A DNA stretch of 32,000 bases from Acaryochloris marina MBIC11017 (lineage in GTDB: Bacteria; Cyanobacteriota; Cyanobacteriia; Thermosynechococcales; Thermosynechococcaceae), in the NCBI RefSeq assembly GCF_000018105.1, contig NC_009925.1, positions 2,490,001 through 2,522,000 on the forward strand, given 5' to 3'. Below are positions 17,625-25,612 of this stretch, piece after piece. Both the position numbers and the translations under genes were made by a program. A model generated the notes under the pieces. The model was not told the origin of the DNA, made no database searches, and was given only the letters and a program-made list of their open reading frames with translations. Position 1 is the stretch's first letter. Every line of letters starts with the position of its first letter.

Positions 17625-18974
17625 CTAGCCCAGTCCTAAAGCAGGTAAGAAAATTCGGGGATCAAATAGCACTTTTGGAGACTTCACCATGTGCATCACT
17701 TCCCAAAACGTTTGACTGACGTAAGAACGATTTAAAGAAGCCCGAACGACTAAATCAAGGTATTGATGCATCAGGCGAGTTTGCCAGTTAGGTGTGGATC
17801 CTACCGTAGTAGGCCATCGCAGGTCCTCACTCGTGGCCAGCAGCCATGGTACTTCTAACATTTTGGCCAACTGTTTATGAAATTTTGAGGGAAAACCTTG
17901 CAACGCAGTTTTTTGCTTTTGAACCATTAGACTCAAACATTGGTCCAACGTTTGAGCACCCAATGCTGCTACCGTCATCCCCTGAGCATAAACTGGATTA
18001 AAAGCACAAACCGCATCTCCTATCGCGACTAGATGGCCTGGGAAACGCTGCAAGTCTTCATAATGTTGCCAGCAGTTGTCAGTCCGTCGGTAGCTATAAA
18101 TGGGGCTTAAGGGTTGAGCTTGTTGGATGGCATTATAGATTTCATGACTCCGAAGACTTTGGGCAAAGTGGAGGAAGTCTGTTTCATCGATGGGGGGATA
18201 GTCATGGCCCACGCCCGCAAGGGTCACAACCCACCGATTTTCTTCAACGGGATACAGCACAGCACTTCGACGATGATCTGGGGGTTTCGTGTGAATGAGC
18301 ATCACCTTCCAAGGGGCTTCCCAACCCTCAGGGATCTGATACCAACGACTGCTATACCCTAAAAAGGAGTTGATCATCGTTTGAGTCGGTGCAGCATATC
18401 CTAACTGAGTTAACCATTTCGGTAAGGCAGAATTCCGTCCACTCGCATCGACCACTAGGTCTGCCTTCAGGGTGTCAAGTCCCTGCTCAGTTTGAATTTG
18501 AACACCCGTAACTATGGTGTTTTGGGCATTCATCACCAGGCCAATCGCTTGAGTCGAGGTTAAAAATTTTAGATGGTCATATTGCTCTAGTCGTCGATGA
18601 ATCAGCCACTCAAGTAATATACGGCTACAAGGATGAGTATTCAGATCAGAAGACGTCTGATAAGACCAACCCCAGATGCTAAACCACCGTAAATCATGAG
18701 TCCAGTTGACCTGAGGAGCACCTGCGGCTTCTAGTTCTGCTTCCAAGCCTGGAAACAGTTGTTCTAAAATGCGTTGACCTTGAGTGAGCAGAATATGGAC
18801 ATGATGGGATTGGGGTACGCCTGACCGGGGTTTGGGCTGATCAGGGATGCGATCGCGTTCCAATACCGTGACTCGGCCAAAGTGGTTCAGCAACACCCGA
18901 GCAGCCAACAGCCCGGCCATACTGCCACCAATCACCACAGCATGTTGTTCTGAGAGGGATGTGGAAGCAACCAT
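17625..18974 (-). CDS. FAD-dependent oxidoreductase / monooxygenase
   Basis: N-terminal Rossmann dinucleotide fold: VVIGGSMAGLLAARVL...VTVLERD. Later GDAVCAFNPVYAQGM resembles a flavoprotein monooxygenase GD motif. Confidence 0.75.
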   Translation of the reverse strand: MVASTSLSEQHAVVIGGSMAGLLAARVLLNHFGRVTVLERDRIPDQPKPRSGVPQSHHVHILLTQGQRILEQLFPGLEAELEAAGAPQVNWTHDLRWFSIWGWSYQTSSDLNTHPCSRILLEWLIHRRLEQYDHLKFLTSTQAIGLVMNAQNTIVTGVQIQTEQGLDTLKADLVVDASGRNSALPKWLTQLGYAAPTQTMINSFLGYSSRWYQIPEGWEAPWKVMLIHTKPPDHRRSAVLYPVEENRWVVTLAGVGHDYPPIDETDFLHFAQSLRSHEIYNAIQQAQPLSPIYSYRRTDNCWQHYEDLQRFPGHLVAIGDAVCAFNPVYAQGMTVAALGAQTLDQCLSLMVQKQKTALQGFPSKFHKQLAKMLEVPWLLATSEDLRWPTTVGSTPNWQTRLMHQYLDLVVRASLNRSYVSQTFWEVMHMVKSPKVLFDPRIFLPALGLG

Positions 18975-19077
18975 GAATCGTGTTTAATCCACTGCTACAA
19001 ACCCTGAATGGAATCAGCATAGCACTGGAATTTCTTGGCGTAGGCTAGATATTAGCCCCCTGAGGTCTTCACCCTTC

Positions 19078-19722
19078 ATGGACAAGCAACGTTGGCAAAC
19101 CTTAATGCATGACTTGGCAGGTCAGCCCTCTCTGGACACATACCAGCAGTTAGTTTGCGCCTATAGCGAGCCCCACCGTTACTATCACACAGCCACTCAT
19201 ATAGATGCTTGCTTAGATCACTTAGATCGGGTGAAAGTATTAGCTCAAGCCCCTGCCATTTTAGAAATGGCTCTCTGGTTTCACGATGCTGTTTATCAAA
19301 CCCAGTCCAACCAAAACGAGCAAGATAGCGCCGACTGGGCCGTCCATTTTTTACAGACCGCAGGGGTTGCAGTGAACGTATGCCATCAAGTTCATCATTT
19401 GATTATGGCCACTGCGACTCATACCACCCATGACCATCCAGATACTGCATTGATGGTCGATATTGATTTAGCGATCCTCGGCCAAAATACCCAGACGTTT
19501 GCCGATTTTGAAACTCAGATTCGCCAGGAATACGCTTGGGTGCCAATTACCGAATACTGTCAGCAGCGGAGTCAGATATTAGAAACCTTTGCGCAACGCC
19601 CCCATCTTTATCAAACCGCTTATTTTCAAGAACGGTATGAGGCCATGGCCCGGTCCAATCTTCAAACCGCTATCCGGTGTCTACAAGCTGGCATCCTGAC
19701 CAACAATGGGGATAATAAATAA
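19078..19722 (+). CDS. HD-superfamily-like metal-dependent phosphohydrolase (COG4339-like)
   Basis: EPHRYYHTATHIDACL and ALWFHDAVY give an H...HD pattern. Recognition is by memory only. Confidence 0.5.
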   Translation: MDKQRWQTLMHDLAGQPSLDTYQQLVCAYSEPHRYYHTATHIDACLDHLDRVKVLAQAPAILEMALWFHDAVYQTQSNQNEQDSADWAVHFLQTAGVAVNVCHQVHHLIMATATHTTHDHPDTALMVDIDLAILGQNTQTFADFETQIRQEYAWVPITEYCQQRSQILETFAQRPHLYQTAYFQERYEAMARSNLQTAIRCLQAGILTNNGDNK

Positions 19723-19743
19723 ATTCAAACAGAGGACGTCTGT

Positions 19744-20319
19744 GTGACCATTCACCTACATTGCGATAGTTCAGACGCTTGGCTGCAAACGGTTCTGGCA
19801 GACTTTGACACTTTCCTGCTCGATCATGCCGCCAACGAGAAAAAAGCCTCTGGGGTCGCCCTCAACCTTGCAGCCCACTATCCTGACAAGCCAGACCTAG
19901 TGGCGGCCATGATTGACTTAGCCATTGAGGAGTTGAGCCATTATCGCGATGTCTTCAAATTAATCCGAGAACGCCACTTAACTATTCCTCCCGATGCCAA
20001 AGACCCCTACGTCAATCAACTGCGAGGTCTGATTCGTAAAGGCTCCGAAAATTACTTTCTCGATCGGCTCCTGGTCGCCGGAATTATTGAGGCTCGGGGC
20101 CTAGAACGCTTCACTAAAATTGCTTTAGCTTTGCCGAGTGGACCGTTAAAAGGCTTTTACCAAGCCATTGCCCATTCAGAGGCCAGGCATGCAAACTTAT
20201 TTTTCAAACTCGCAGAACAATATTGTCCAAATGTAGCCCTACAGGCTCGTCTAGATGAACTCTTAGCGACTGAAATGAAGATTTTGAATCAATTACCCCA
20301 TCGGGCCATGCTGCATTAG
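19744..20319 (+). CDS. miaE: tRNA-(ms2io6A37)-hydroxylase MiaE-like diiron protein
   Basis: LLDHAANEKKASGVAL, AIEELSHYRDV, IIEARGLERF and SEARHANLF give two E...ExxH-type diiron motifs. The length (~190 aa) fits the short MiaE family. Confidence 0.7.
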   Translation: MTIHLHCDSSDAWLQTVLADFDTFLLDHAANEKKASGVALNLAAHYPDKPDLVAAMIDLAIEELSHYRDVFKLIRERHLTIPPDAKDPYVNQLRGLIRKGSENYFLDRLLVAGIIEARGLERFTKIALALPSGPLKGFYQAIAHSEARHANLFFKLAEQYCPNVALQARLDELLATEMKILNQLPHRAMLH

Positions 20320-20410
20320 AGGATAGGAGGCAGCATTCTGCTTGTTATGGCGAAAGCAGACACGCTATTGTGCGGTGGTCTCCGATCCTTCTCTATGCTT
20401 CTGCCCCCTC

Positions 20411-21781
20411 ATGATCTCTAAGGCCATCCGCCGCTATCTAGACCACTATGCCGAACCTATTGCCCGTATGATTCAAGTCGAGTGGCTCTCAGCCCTCGAC
20501 CAGACCTATCAATATGTTCTTGTCCTTCCCCTTTTTGATGAAGCTCTCGACTGCCTAGAGAGCATCTTGCCCAACAGCACTCACCATACGCTGGTGGTTG
20601 CAGTAGTCAATGCTTCAGAGGATGCAAATAGAGCGGAAATCCAGCGAACCCAGGCGTTTCTCGCACAATTTCAACCGCACCCCCAGCTCCCGTTTACGGT
20701 AGTGAACAACCCCTCGGGAAATACCTTGCTGCTCATCGATTGCTGCACTTCTTCTCGACAACTACCTCCCAAGCAGGGGGTGGGGCTAGCCCGCAAAATT
20801 GGTAGTGATATTGCCCTGGCCTGTATTGCCGCCCAGACCATCCAAACCCCTTGGATTTACTGTAGCGATGGTGATGTGCAGTTACCGGAAGATTACTTTG
20901 CCACCCCCAACTTTGGCCCAGACGTGGCGGTCGCCATTTATCCCTTCCGCCACCATCCCCACCATCCCGATATTCTGGAATATGAAATTTCTCTTCGATA
21001 TTACGTTCTCGGCTTAGCTCAAGCCGGTTCGCCCTACGCTTTTCAAACCATTGGTAGTTTGTTAAAAATCAATGCGGAGCACTACGCCAAAGTTCGGGGT
21101 TTCCCCAAACGTCAAGCGGCGGAAGATTTCTACATGCTCAATAAGCTGGCCAAAACAGGACAGGTTATTCGCTTAAAACAACCGACGGTCGTCCTGTCTT
21201 CCCGGTTATCCCATCGGGTTCCTTTTGGCACGGGAGCGGCAATGGTTAAACTGTCCCAAGATCCAGGTTTTCACCTTTATCACCCTCAAATTTTTGGAGA
21301 ACTACAGCGTTGGCTGGCCTTAGAACAACACTTATGGCAAGGGCTGCGCCCCCATGCATTCCCTGACGTCACGATGAGTTTCCAAGCCTGGTGGCAGCAA
21401 CAACATCTAGCGCCTTCGCTCTTAGAAACCTTACTGCATCTCAAAGTGGATCAAGCCCTCCAACAAGCTTTCCAGCAATGTCAGGATTTTCCGCATTTTC
21501 AGTTTTACCTAAGGGTTTGGTTTGATGCCTTTCGAACGCTCAAATTTGTGCATTATCAAAGAGATCACTATTGGCCCTCTCTACCGATTCCAGAAGCGAT
21601 CACTTTGTTCAAGGGTTCCAACCTATGCAACTTCTCTCAGAGGCCACCACACTCATTGCCCGTAAGCCACCAGGAGTTACAGCCGTCTTCTCCAAAAATT
21701 CTCGATATTATGCAAGAATTATGCACGCTAGAATTACAATTGCCAACTTATGTAGGTCCGACTCAAAGTCTCACCCCATAA
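20411..21781 (+). CDS. Hypothetical protein with a GT-A (GT2-like) looking N-terminal half
   Basis: I prefer the ATG at 20411 to the track TTG at 20342. VLVLPLFDEA, VVAVVNASED, GVGLARKIGSD, CSDGDVQL (DxD-like) and AAEDFYMLNKL resemble a nucleotide-sugar transferase fold. The C-terminal ~180 aa are unassigned. Confidence 0.4.
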   Translation: MISKAIRRYLDHYAEPIARMIQVEWLSALDQTYQYVLVLPLFDEALDCLESILPNSTHHTLVVAVVNASEDANRAEIQRTQAFLAQFQPHPQLPFTVVNNPSGNTLLLIDCCTSSRQLPPKQGVGLARKIGSDIALACIAAQTIQTPWIYCSDGDVQLPEDYFATPNFGPDVAVAIYPFRHHPHHPDILEYEISLRYYVLGLAQAGSPYAFQTIGSLLKINAEHYAKVRGFPKRQAAEDFYMLNKLAKTGQVIRLKQPTVVLSSRLSHRVPFGTGAAMVKLSQDPGFHLYHPQIFGELQRWLALEQHLWQGLRPHAFPDVTMSFQAWWQQQHLAPSLLETLLHLKVDQALQQAFQQCQDFPHFQFYLRVWFDAFRTLKFVHYQRDHYWPSLPIPEAITLFKGSNLCNFSQRPPHSLPVSHQELQPSSPKILDIMQELCTLELQLPTYVGPTQSLTP

Positions 21782-22072
21782 GCAGGCAAATCTCACTGAT
21801 ACCAACACCTATCTAATCAATAGATGTTGCTGGAATTGATTCAAAACCTACCGATTCTTCATCAGTCAGTGTGATATAAATTCAAACCAAGTTGTCTCTC
21901 AGACACACACAAGTCTGCGAAACGCTAGCAGCAAAATACAGACACTCACCCATCATATCTATGCCTAGTGAGTTGCTTAGTACTACTCAAATGATCCTGT
22001 CAAAGGAATTAACCGCGTAAACCAATATGTGCAAGTGATAGGTCTGTCAACTACTAAAGGGGGATTTCAATA

Positions 22073-22657
22073 ATGAAAGATCAGGAATATACACTTAGTA
22101 TTCTCAAGATGGTCATCAATAATGATTTAGAGAATCATCATGTAGAAACTAGCCAAGATTTAGAACATCTGGAATCCAAGCGAGATCAGTTAGTTTGGGA
22201 GATCGCGACTAAAATCTATACCTACAGCGGCCATAAAGTTGAGCTATCCATGGTTCGTGATTTGGTTACGATTCATCTGAAACGGAAAAGACGCCAGTTT
22301 TCTGCTGCTAAACCTCTCGAAAGACAAGAACGGCAACCTCAGCCTAAAACCCCCATCCGTTCTAATGTAGACTCTGTGAGATGGATATTCCTGAAGACTT
22401 GCTCCATCATTTGCAACTATACAGATGTCAATGCCCATCGAGTCAGTATGGCGAGTCGTATTGCAGATTTCGCTGATGAGAAGGAATTGACTCAGATTTT
22501 GCGAGATCTAGAAGAAGTTTTTGATATTAAATTCCCCCATCAAGCCACGACCCAGATTAAAACCGTTAAACATCTGGTGGACGTAATTGGCTACCAAATT
22601 AAACTTCATGCTGACTATCAACCGGCTGCTAACTATGAATCAGCGATAGCCATATAA
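22073..22657 (+). CDS. Hypothetical protein with a C-terminal acyl-carrier-protein-like domain lacking the attachment serine
   Basis: ATG preceded by aaggggga. IADFADEKELTQILRDLEEVFDIKFPHQATTQIKTVKHLVDVI aligns by eye with ACP helices II-IV, but DEKE replaces DSLD. The gene and its upstream region are AT-rich. Confidence 0.45.
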   Translation: MKDQEYTLSILKMVINNDLENHHVETSQDLEHLESKRDQLVWEIATKIYTYSGHKVELSMVRDLVTIHLKRKRRQFSAAKPLERQERQPQPKTPIRSNVDSVRWIFLKTCSIICNYTDVNAHRVSMASRIADFADEKELTQILRDLEEVFDIKFPHQATTQIKTVKHLVDVIGYQIKLHADYQPAANYESAIAI

Positions 22658-22800
22658 AACAGCTGCATTCTACACAATCACGCAGAAATTACATCAAAGT
22701 CATGCAGAAAACGGGTTTAGGACGGTAGATCCGTCCCCCTAATAGGGCATAACTAGAATCAGATGTCTTTCTGCCAAGGAAACATCACCACAATTTCAGA

Positions 22801-22832
22801 AAGCCCCACGACTAGAGTTGCGGGGCTTTTTA
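22801..22832 (+). terminator. Candidate intrinsic terminator between convergent genes
   Basis: The sequence aagccccacgactagagttgcggggcttttta has an agcccc/ggggct stem followed by a T-run. Confidence 0.35.
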
Positions 22833-22840
22833 TCTTGGTA

Positions 22841-23263
22841 TTAACGCTTTGAAACAGGCTGCGAGGCACCAGAATGCTGAGACAGTTGGTGCCGGGCCAG
22901 CCAGTATCCCACCAAAATTCCCAGCACGCTACATACTAGATCTAGCGCATCTAAGGAGCGAGTCGGGGCAAAAAACTGAGCCCCTTCTTCGGCTAAGGTC
23001 CATCCACTAAACGCGAGTACCCATAGGGGTAAACGATAACGGCCTAATCGTAGGGTAAAGGGATGTAATAAACGATGGCCTAGATAGGCAGCCAAGCCAT
23101 AGAGAATGACATGCCCCAACTTGTCATAGTAGGGAATGATAGCCAGTTGAGACGGTAAATTTCCGGTATAGGCTAAAACCAATATCCAGCCAAACAAGGC
23201 GGCATAGAGAAGGGCTAGCCACTTTAATCGTGAGTGCGATCTCAGTTTCGAGGACATCAGCAA
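22841..23263 (-). CDS. VanZ-family membrane protein
   Basis: Four hydrophobic helices and the VanZ hallmark YDKLGHVILYGLAAYL. Confidence 0.7.
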   Translation of the reverse strand: MLMSSKLRSHSRLKWLALLYAALFGWILVLAYTGNLPSQLAIIPYYDKLGHVILYGLAAYLGHRLLHPFTLRLGRYRLPLWVLAFSGWTLAEEGAQFFAPTRSLDALDLVCSVLGILVGYWLARHQLSQHSGASQPVSKR

Positions 23264-23342
23264 GCGGAAGTGAATTGAGAAGAGACTCCAATCTAGCCTC
23301 CGCTTCTATTCAATGCCCAATATGGGATAAAGTGCGGCCACC

Positions 23343-23606
23343 TTAAACGTCGTAAACGCGGCACTCTTCTGCATTAGGGTTATCATCACAAAAGTCTTCA
23401 AACTGAGAAGGCTGCTCTTGTACTTTCTTGTGAGAATATTCAGCTTGGAGCTCTTCGACGATATCCCAGGCAACTGCACAGGCTTTGGAAGTCGCGCCTT
23501 CGCTCGCACACGTTTCACGAGCTTGGCTTAAGGCATCTTCCATACGGGTTTCCATGGCTACAGATTGCTCAAGGGTCGGTGCAGCTGTCTCTAAAGTAAG
23601 GGGCAT
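23343..23606 (-). CDS. CP12-domain protein (second paralogue, ends YDV)
   Basis: ARETCASEGATSKACAVAWDIVEELQAE...FCDDNPNAEECRVYDV. Both Cys pairs and the AWDxVEEL core are present. The true start may be an internal Met (METRMED...). Confidence 0.8.
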   Translation of the reverse strand: MPLTLETAAPTLEQSVAMETRMEDALSQARETCASEGATSKACAVAWDIVEELQAEYSHKKVQEQPSQFEDFCDDNPNAEECRVYDV

Positions 23607-23794
23607 TGTTAATCACATTCCTATCATTGTGGTCAGAGTTGAGTCTTAATGAAGTAAAATCGTCACTCTGAAGACTTCTCCTCTAACCTAGCTAGGCCGT
23701 CCTCGTACCGACAGCGGTAGAAACCCGTAACTCCTCGATCGGTTTATTCGGCAAACCCAAAATCAACTCAGTAATAGTACCGACCAATTTTGCT

Positions 23795-24673
23795 CTAGCA
23801 CATTGTTAAAACCTGCTCAATCATTCCCTGGGCCTGTGATGCATATCCACCACCAAATAAATTGAAGTGATTCAGGATGTGATACAGATTGTAGAGAGTT
23901 TTACGCTGTTGATAGCCTTCGGCTAGGGGCCAAGCCGCTTGATACCCCCGATAAAATGCTGGCGGGAATCCCCCAAACAGCTCAGTCATGGCAAGATCGA
24001 CTTCTCGATCGCCATAGTAGGTTGCAGGGTCTAGAATAATTGGTTCTCCGGCCTGACTAAAGGCTGCATTGCCTGACCACAGATCGCCGTGAACTAAAGA
24101 GGACGCGACAGGGTGAGTCAACAGTGCAGGAATTTTATCCACAAGCGCATCCCCCTGGCGAAAATGCCCGCCATGTCGTTGAGCCAGCTGGAGCTGATAG
24201 CCAATGCGATGTTCAGCAAAAAATTCTCCCCAATTCTCAGTCCAAGGATTGCGCTGAGGGGTATCGCCAATCGTGTTGTTCTGGTGCCAGCCAAAACCTT
24301 GATCATGAGCCTGGCGATGCATCGCGGCCAGTTGTTGCCCCATCGCAAACCACGCTTGGGAATCGCCATGGCCTAAGGGAATCCATTCCAGGATGATATA
24401 GCTTTGTCCTTCGGCAGCGCCCCATCCTATCGGCTTCGGCACCCGAATACTGCGGGACGCCTGCATGGCTTTGAGGCCCTCTGCTTCTGCTTCAAACATC
24501 GCCACTTTGCTGGCCTGATTGAGTTTGACGAAATAGTGCTCCTGACCGTCACTCACCTGATAGGCCTGATTGATGCTGCCACCGCCCACAGAATTGCGAG
24601 TTGCGATCGCAAAGTCTTTCCCTTGTATTTGACTAATCTGGCGCTGAATCTCAGTCCATACAGACATATACAC
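23795..24673 (-). CDS. Fructosamine/ketosamine-3-kinase family protein
   Basis: SVGGGSINQAY, LVHGDLWSGNA and ILDPATYYGDREVDLAMTELFGGF match the fructosamine kinase family catalytic region. Confidence 0.85.
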   Translation of the reverse strand: MYMSVWTEIQRQISQIQGKDFAIATRNSVGGGSINQAYQVSDGQEHYFVKLNQASKVAMFEAEAEGLKAMQASRSIRVPKPIGWGAAEGQSYIILEWIPLGHGDSQAWFAMGQQLAAMHRQAHDQGFGWHQNNTIGDTPQRNPWTENWGEFFAEHRIGYQLQLAQRHGGHFRQGDALVDKIPALLTHPVASSLVHGDLWSGNAAFSQAGEPIILDPATYYGDREVDLAMTELFGGFPPAFYRGYQAAWPLAEGYQQRKTLYNLYHILNHFNLFGGGYASQAQGMIEQVLTMC

Positions 24674-24690
24674 CTCCTAAGCCCTGACAG

Positions 24691-24721
24691 AAAAAAGACA
24701 ACCTCAGTGAGGTTGCCTTTT
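24691..24721 (-). terminator. Intrinsic terminator downstream of cp12
   Basis: The minus strand reads ggcaacctc-act-gaggttgtc, a 9-bp stem with one G-U pair, followed by tttttt. It lies 40 nt after the cp12 stop. Confidence 0.6.
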
Positions 24722-24760
24722 CGAAGAAGCTAATGAATCAATACCTGAAAACCGGCGCAA

Positions 24761-24988
24761 TTAGTCATCGTAAATCCGACACTCAGCAGCATCAGGATTA
24801 TCATCACAATATTGCTCAAGGGAGTTTTTATCTTCGTTATTACCTTTACGCTGATGGGAGGCTTCGGCTTGCAGCTCTTCTACAGCATCCCAGGCTGCTG
24901 CACACTCACCAGAAGTGGCACCGCTAGTATCACAAGTTTCTCGGGCTTGCTCTAGCTCTTTTTCAATTTTTTCTTGGATATTGGTCAT
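24761..24988 (-). CDS. cp12: CP12, Calvin-cycle GAPDH/PRK regulator
   Basis: 75 aa. ARETCDTSGATSGECAAAWDAVEELQAE...YCDDNPDAAECRIYDD carries the canonical four cysteines, the AWDAVEEL core and the YDD C-terminus. Confidence 0.9.
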   Translation of the reverse strand: MTNIQEKIEKELEQARETCDTSGATSGECAAAWDAVEELQAEASHQRKGNNEDKNSLEQYCDDNPDAAECRIYDD

Positions 24989-25327
24989 AGGTCAATTCTC
25001 AACCACTCTTATCTATGTGTTTAACTGAGCAAACGACAGTATTTTGATACTGCAGTTAGGTCATCCAAAGGAGTTTCTGGTTCATGCATTTAGTGTAACC
25101 ATATCTCACAGTAATTGACTGGCTAGAGAAATAGGGTGCCCTTTAACACTGTTTTAGGAATGTCTTAGCAAAGCGCTAGATAAGTCTTTCAGAAGCAAAA
25201 ACTAGTCATTAATCGAATGATTGTAAATAGGATTACACAATTTTTCATGAAGCTGTAGCACAGCCTACAACCGATTTATAGCAAGCATAGATATACTTCA
25301 TGGGTATCGAAGCTAACGGAGTCTGAC

Positions 25328-25471
25328 ATGATGACTATCTGCGACAATACCGACCAAACAGAACTGCTGCGATTCTGGGTGCAAGAACTGACTCACTTAT
25401 CTCCCCATGAAGTAGACGAAGTGGTAACGGCCCTCAGTCAAGAGAAGGCTACTCTCAATCCTGCTGCATAA
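25328..25471 (+). CDS. Small ORF (47 aa) of unknown function
   Basis: Not in the track because it is under 60 aa. Product: MMTICDNTDQTELLRFWVQELTHLSPHEVDEVVTALSQEKATLNPAA. GGAG lies 7 nt upstream of the ATG, and an intrinsic terminator lies 34 nt downstream. Confidence 0.35.
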   Translation: MMTICDNTDQTELLRFWVQELTHLSPHEVDEVVTALSQEKATLNPAA

Positions 25472-25504
25472 GGCTGGATCATTCCATATTATGCCCTTCA
25501 ATAT

Positions 25505-25543
25505 ACCGATGGTTTGAGCCTCTCATCCATCGGTTAATTTTTT
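25505..25543 (+). terminator. Intrinsic terminator after the small ORF
   Basis: accgatgg (25505-25512) pairs with ccatcggt (25527-25534) around a 14-nt loop, followed by taatttttt. Confidence 0.55.
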
Positions 25544-25612
25544 CTCGAATCCCCATTCCCGTAGTGGTTTAACTCTGTTAGACTGCTGAGGTCATACAAT
25601 CGGTCTTTCTCG

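Noticed and set aside
20342-20410. An N-terminal extension of the 479-aa ORF from a TTG start.
   Set aside because: The extension (LWRKQTRYCAVVSDPSLCFCPL) looks non-protein-like. An in-frame ATG at 20411 gives a sensible N-terminus. The choice is not proven.
22720-22736. A hairpin, ggacgg-tagat-ccgtcc, downstream of the AT-rich orphan gene.
   Set aside because: The stem is short (6 bp) and no T-run follows. The better terminator candidate is at 22801-22832.
23264-23342. A possible terminator hairpin (aagcgga / tccgctt) downstream of the CP12-like gene.
   Set aside because: The stem is 7 bp with a loop of about 30 nt and no clear T-run, which is not convincing.
23306-23518. A 70-aa ORF overlapping the CP12-like gene in another frame.
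   Set aside because: The CP12 frame has the diagnostic Cys pairs and the AWDxVEEL core. The overlapping frame has no features.
24113-24733. Four overlapping 83-109 aa ORFs on both strands within the fructosamine kinase gene.
   Set aside because: The kinase frame carries clear family motifs across its full length. The alternatives are shadow ORFs.
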